64,000 nucleotides of DNA. Origin: Macrostomum lignano. Taxonomy: Eukaryota. Location of the stretch: NCBI GenBank assembly GCA_002269645.1, contig NIVC01000867.1, positions 310,001 through 374,000 on the forward strand, given 5' to 3'. Below the pieces are notes generated by a model. It saw only the letters and a program-made list of their open reading frames with translations. It was not told the DNA's origin and made no database searches. How positions within the stretch are numbered: the stretch's first letter is position 1; every line of letters starts with the position of its first letter. Positions 61,545 to 64,000 of the stretch are shown piece by piece. The position numbers and the translations under genes are program-made.

Positions 61545-62160
61545 CTCTCCACCCCTTCTACCCGCTCTCTACCCCTTCTTTCCGCTCTTCACCCCTTCTT
61601 TCCGCTCACCATCCGTCTGTCCGCTCTCCACCCCTTCTTTCCGCTCACCACCCCCTTCTTTCCGCTCTCCACCCGTCTGTCCGCTCTCCACCCCTTCTTT
61701 CCGCTCACCACCCGTCTGTCCGCTCTCCACCCCTTCTTTCCGCTCTCCACCCCTTCTTTCCGCTCACCACCCGTCTGTCCGCTCTCCACCCCCTTCTTTC
61801 CGCTCACCACCCCCTTCTTTCCGCTCACCACCCCTTCTTTCCGCTCTCCACCCCTTCTTTCCGCTCTCCACCCCCTTCTTTCCGCTCACCACCCCTTCTT
61901 TCCGCTCTCCACCCCCTTCTTTCCGCTCTCCACCCCCTTCTTTCCGCAGTCCACCCCCTTCTTTCCGCTCTTCACCCCCTTCTTTCCGCTCTCCACCCTC
62001 TTTTTTCCGCTCTCCACCCCCTTCTTTCCGCAGTCCACCCCCTTCTTTCCGCTCTCCACCCCTTCTTTCCGCTCTCCACCCCCTTCTTTCCGCTCTCCAC
62101 CCCCTTCTTTCCGCTCTCCACCCTCTTTTTTCCGCTCACCACCCGTCTGTCCGCTCTTCA
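61545..62160. repeat. Intronic minisatellite, 20-21-bp unit CCGCTCTCCACCCC(C)TTCTTT
   Basis: Direct repetition. Confidence 0.95.
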
Positions 62161-62809
62161 TTTTTCCATTTTTAAACTCCGTCGAACTTAAACTTTCTGC
62201 GCAAAACTTTGCGCGGATCTTTACGGAAGCTTCCATAATGGAAACTGTCCCCTTCCTTACCCGCCTGCATCTGCATCGCAGCGCGGTCACTTCTTATAAT
62301 TCTTTTTATGACTATGATCCTTTCCCTAGATTGAAATTAAGCTTGACATGGTTTTGGCCCACGAGATTGAAGCTTGAGGCGGTGGGAGACAGCAGGGCAG
62401 AAAGGAGCATCGCGTCCTAAGTAGGCTAGGATTAAGAAGATCCCTCTCTCTCTCTCTCTCTCTCTTGCTTCCTTTCATGCCATTCCGAAGTTATAGTCAG
62501 CGAGGCAACAGAGGGCTAAGAGTATATCGAAAGGATTAATGATGATGATGATAGTAAAAAGCCGAGCGCGTTAGTCCCGGGGTTAATCAAAATCCTCTTC
62601 GTTCGAATATATATGGAAGAAGCTCTCGGGGCGGGGATTATCCATCGCGTCACTGCGTGTCCGGGAGCTTGTAGTTGCGGCCATAGTGCGTTTCCTTTAT
62701 TTGTTCAAGGGGCGTGGATGCTTCTCTTGAATCAGCTACGGTAGTAGGATGTACTCGCTAGTATCATTTTTAATCTCTGTAACTATGAGAACTGTTATGC
62801 TTAGCCTCT

Positions 62810-63510
62810 CATTTCCGCTCTCTCCCTACTTATTTCCGCTCTCTACTACTCATTTCTGCTATTTTCTACTCATTTTCAAACTCTCCCGACTTATATCCGC
62901 TCTCTCCCTACTCATTTCTGATCTCTCCCTACTCATTTCGCTCTCTCCTATTCATTTCCGCTCTCTCCTACTCATTTCCGCTCCCTCCCTACTCATTTCC
63001 ACTCTCTCCTACTCATTTCCGCTCTCTCCTTACTCATTTCCGCTCTTTCCCTACTCATTTCTGCTCTCTCCCTACTCATTTCCGCTCTCTCCCTACTCGT
63101 TTCCGCTCTCTCCCTACTCGTTTCCGCTCTCTCCCTACTCATTTCTGCTCTCCCCCTACTCATTTCCGCTCTTTCCCTACTCATTTCCGCTCTCTTCCTA
63201 CTCATTTCCGCTCTCTCCTACTCATTTCCGCTCTCTCCCTACTCATTTCCGCTCTCTCCCTACTCATTTCCCGCTCTCTCCCTACTCATTTCCGCTCTCT
63301 CCCTACTCATTTCCCGCTCTCTCCCTACTCATTTCCGCTCTCTCCCTACTCATTTCCCGCTCTCTCCCTACTCATTTCCGCTCTCTCCCTACTCATTTCC
63401 GCTCTCTTCCTACTCATTTCCGCTCTCTCCTACTCATTTCTGCTCTCCCCCTACTCATTTCCGCTCTCTCCCTACTCATTTCCGCTCTCTCCCAGACCCC
63501 TTTCCGCTCT
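62810..63510. repeat. Minisatellite, 21-bp unit CTCATTTCCGCTCTCTCCCTA
   Basis: Direct repetition. Confidence 0.95.
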
Positions 63511-64000
63511 CCATCTGGCCGTAGACCGCATTGTCTTTATTCTTACATCATCATCTCTGTCTCCAGCCCCTGATGTCAGAATTATTTTTTAAAACTGCAC
63601 CTACTGACCTAGAAATAATTTCCGGGGATTCCATAGCTCTTATTTCAATTTCAGAAAAATCCAATTGAACCGCACTAAGCGAATATAATAAATTATTTAT
63701 ATTATTGCTAGTCCCTGCTTTCGCTCAGTCAGGTTATATAGTGTACCGGAATTGATTTCTCCAGTTCCCCATCTGCCAGCTCTGTGACATTGGAAACCAT
63801 CTTATAAGGATGGAGAGATTTTGTGTTCTCTAAAATATTAAATCAATATTTAATTTGCATAATTAGATTGGCTGTATGAGTTTAGACTAATCTAATCCAA
63901 CTAGGATTATTTTTAGCTGTGGGATTTTACTTTTTCATAGTCAGCTTTCACTGCTATTGGAAACACTTCCAGCTTCCGATAAACACTTCCAGCTTCCGAT

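Noticed and set aside
62230-62420. Next WDR6 exon (RLHLHRSAVTS resembles HISSV)
   Set aside because: The acceptor is phase-compatible but weak (GAAG), the expected SED-type motif is missing and there is no clear donor; left uncalled.

Overview
Metazoan genomic DNA. Gene style and repeat content suggest a free-living flatworm such as Macrostomum, but that is inference only. Genes reconstructed exon by exon: (1) 5' part of synaptojanin (minus, 5 exons, 396-7197, continuing left of the window); (2) a two-exon RING + 3xSH3 SH3RF/POSH-like gene (plus, 32989-35935); (3) a degenerate, internally deleted RBM19 copy (39105-40047); (4) an unrecognised two-exon 184-aa four-TM gene (minus, 42605-44723); (5) WDR6/Trm734 (plus, 16 exons found, 46762-61308; first exon not located, 3' part incomplete). 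The ~25 kb between the divergent synaptojanin and SH3RF starts is a transposon cluster. It holds a head-to-tail Helitron-like trimer inserted into an older copy of its own family, nested Merlin/hAT/4-bp-TSD elements, a mariner fossil, a near full-length Penelope-like fossil, and tRNA-derived SINEs. Main signals: the older elements of this cluster carry a strongly directional C>T hypermutation hitting CpA as well as CpG (RIP-like spectrum) with TAGGCCTA enrichment; and almost every large intron is filled by its own private minisatellite, some of which repeat splice-site mimics tens of times. All counts are by eye.
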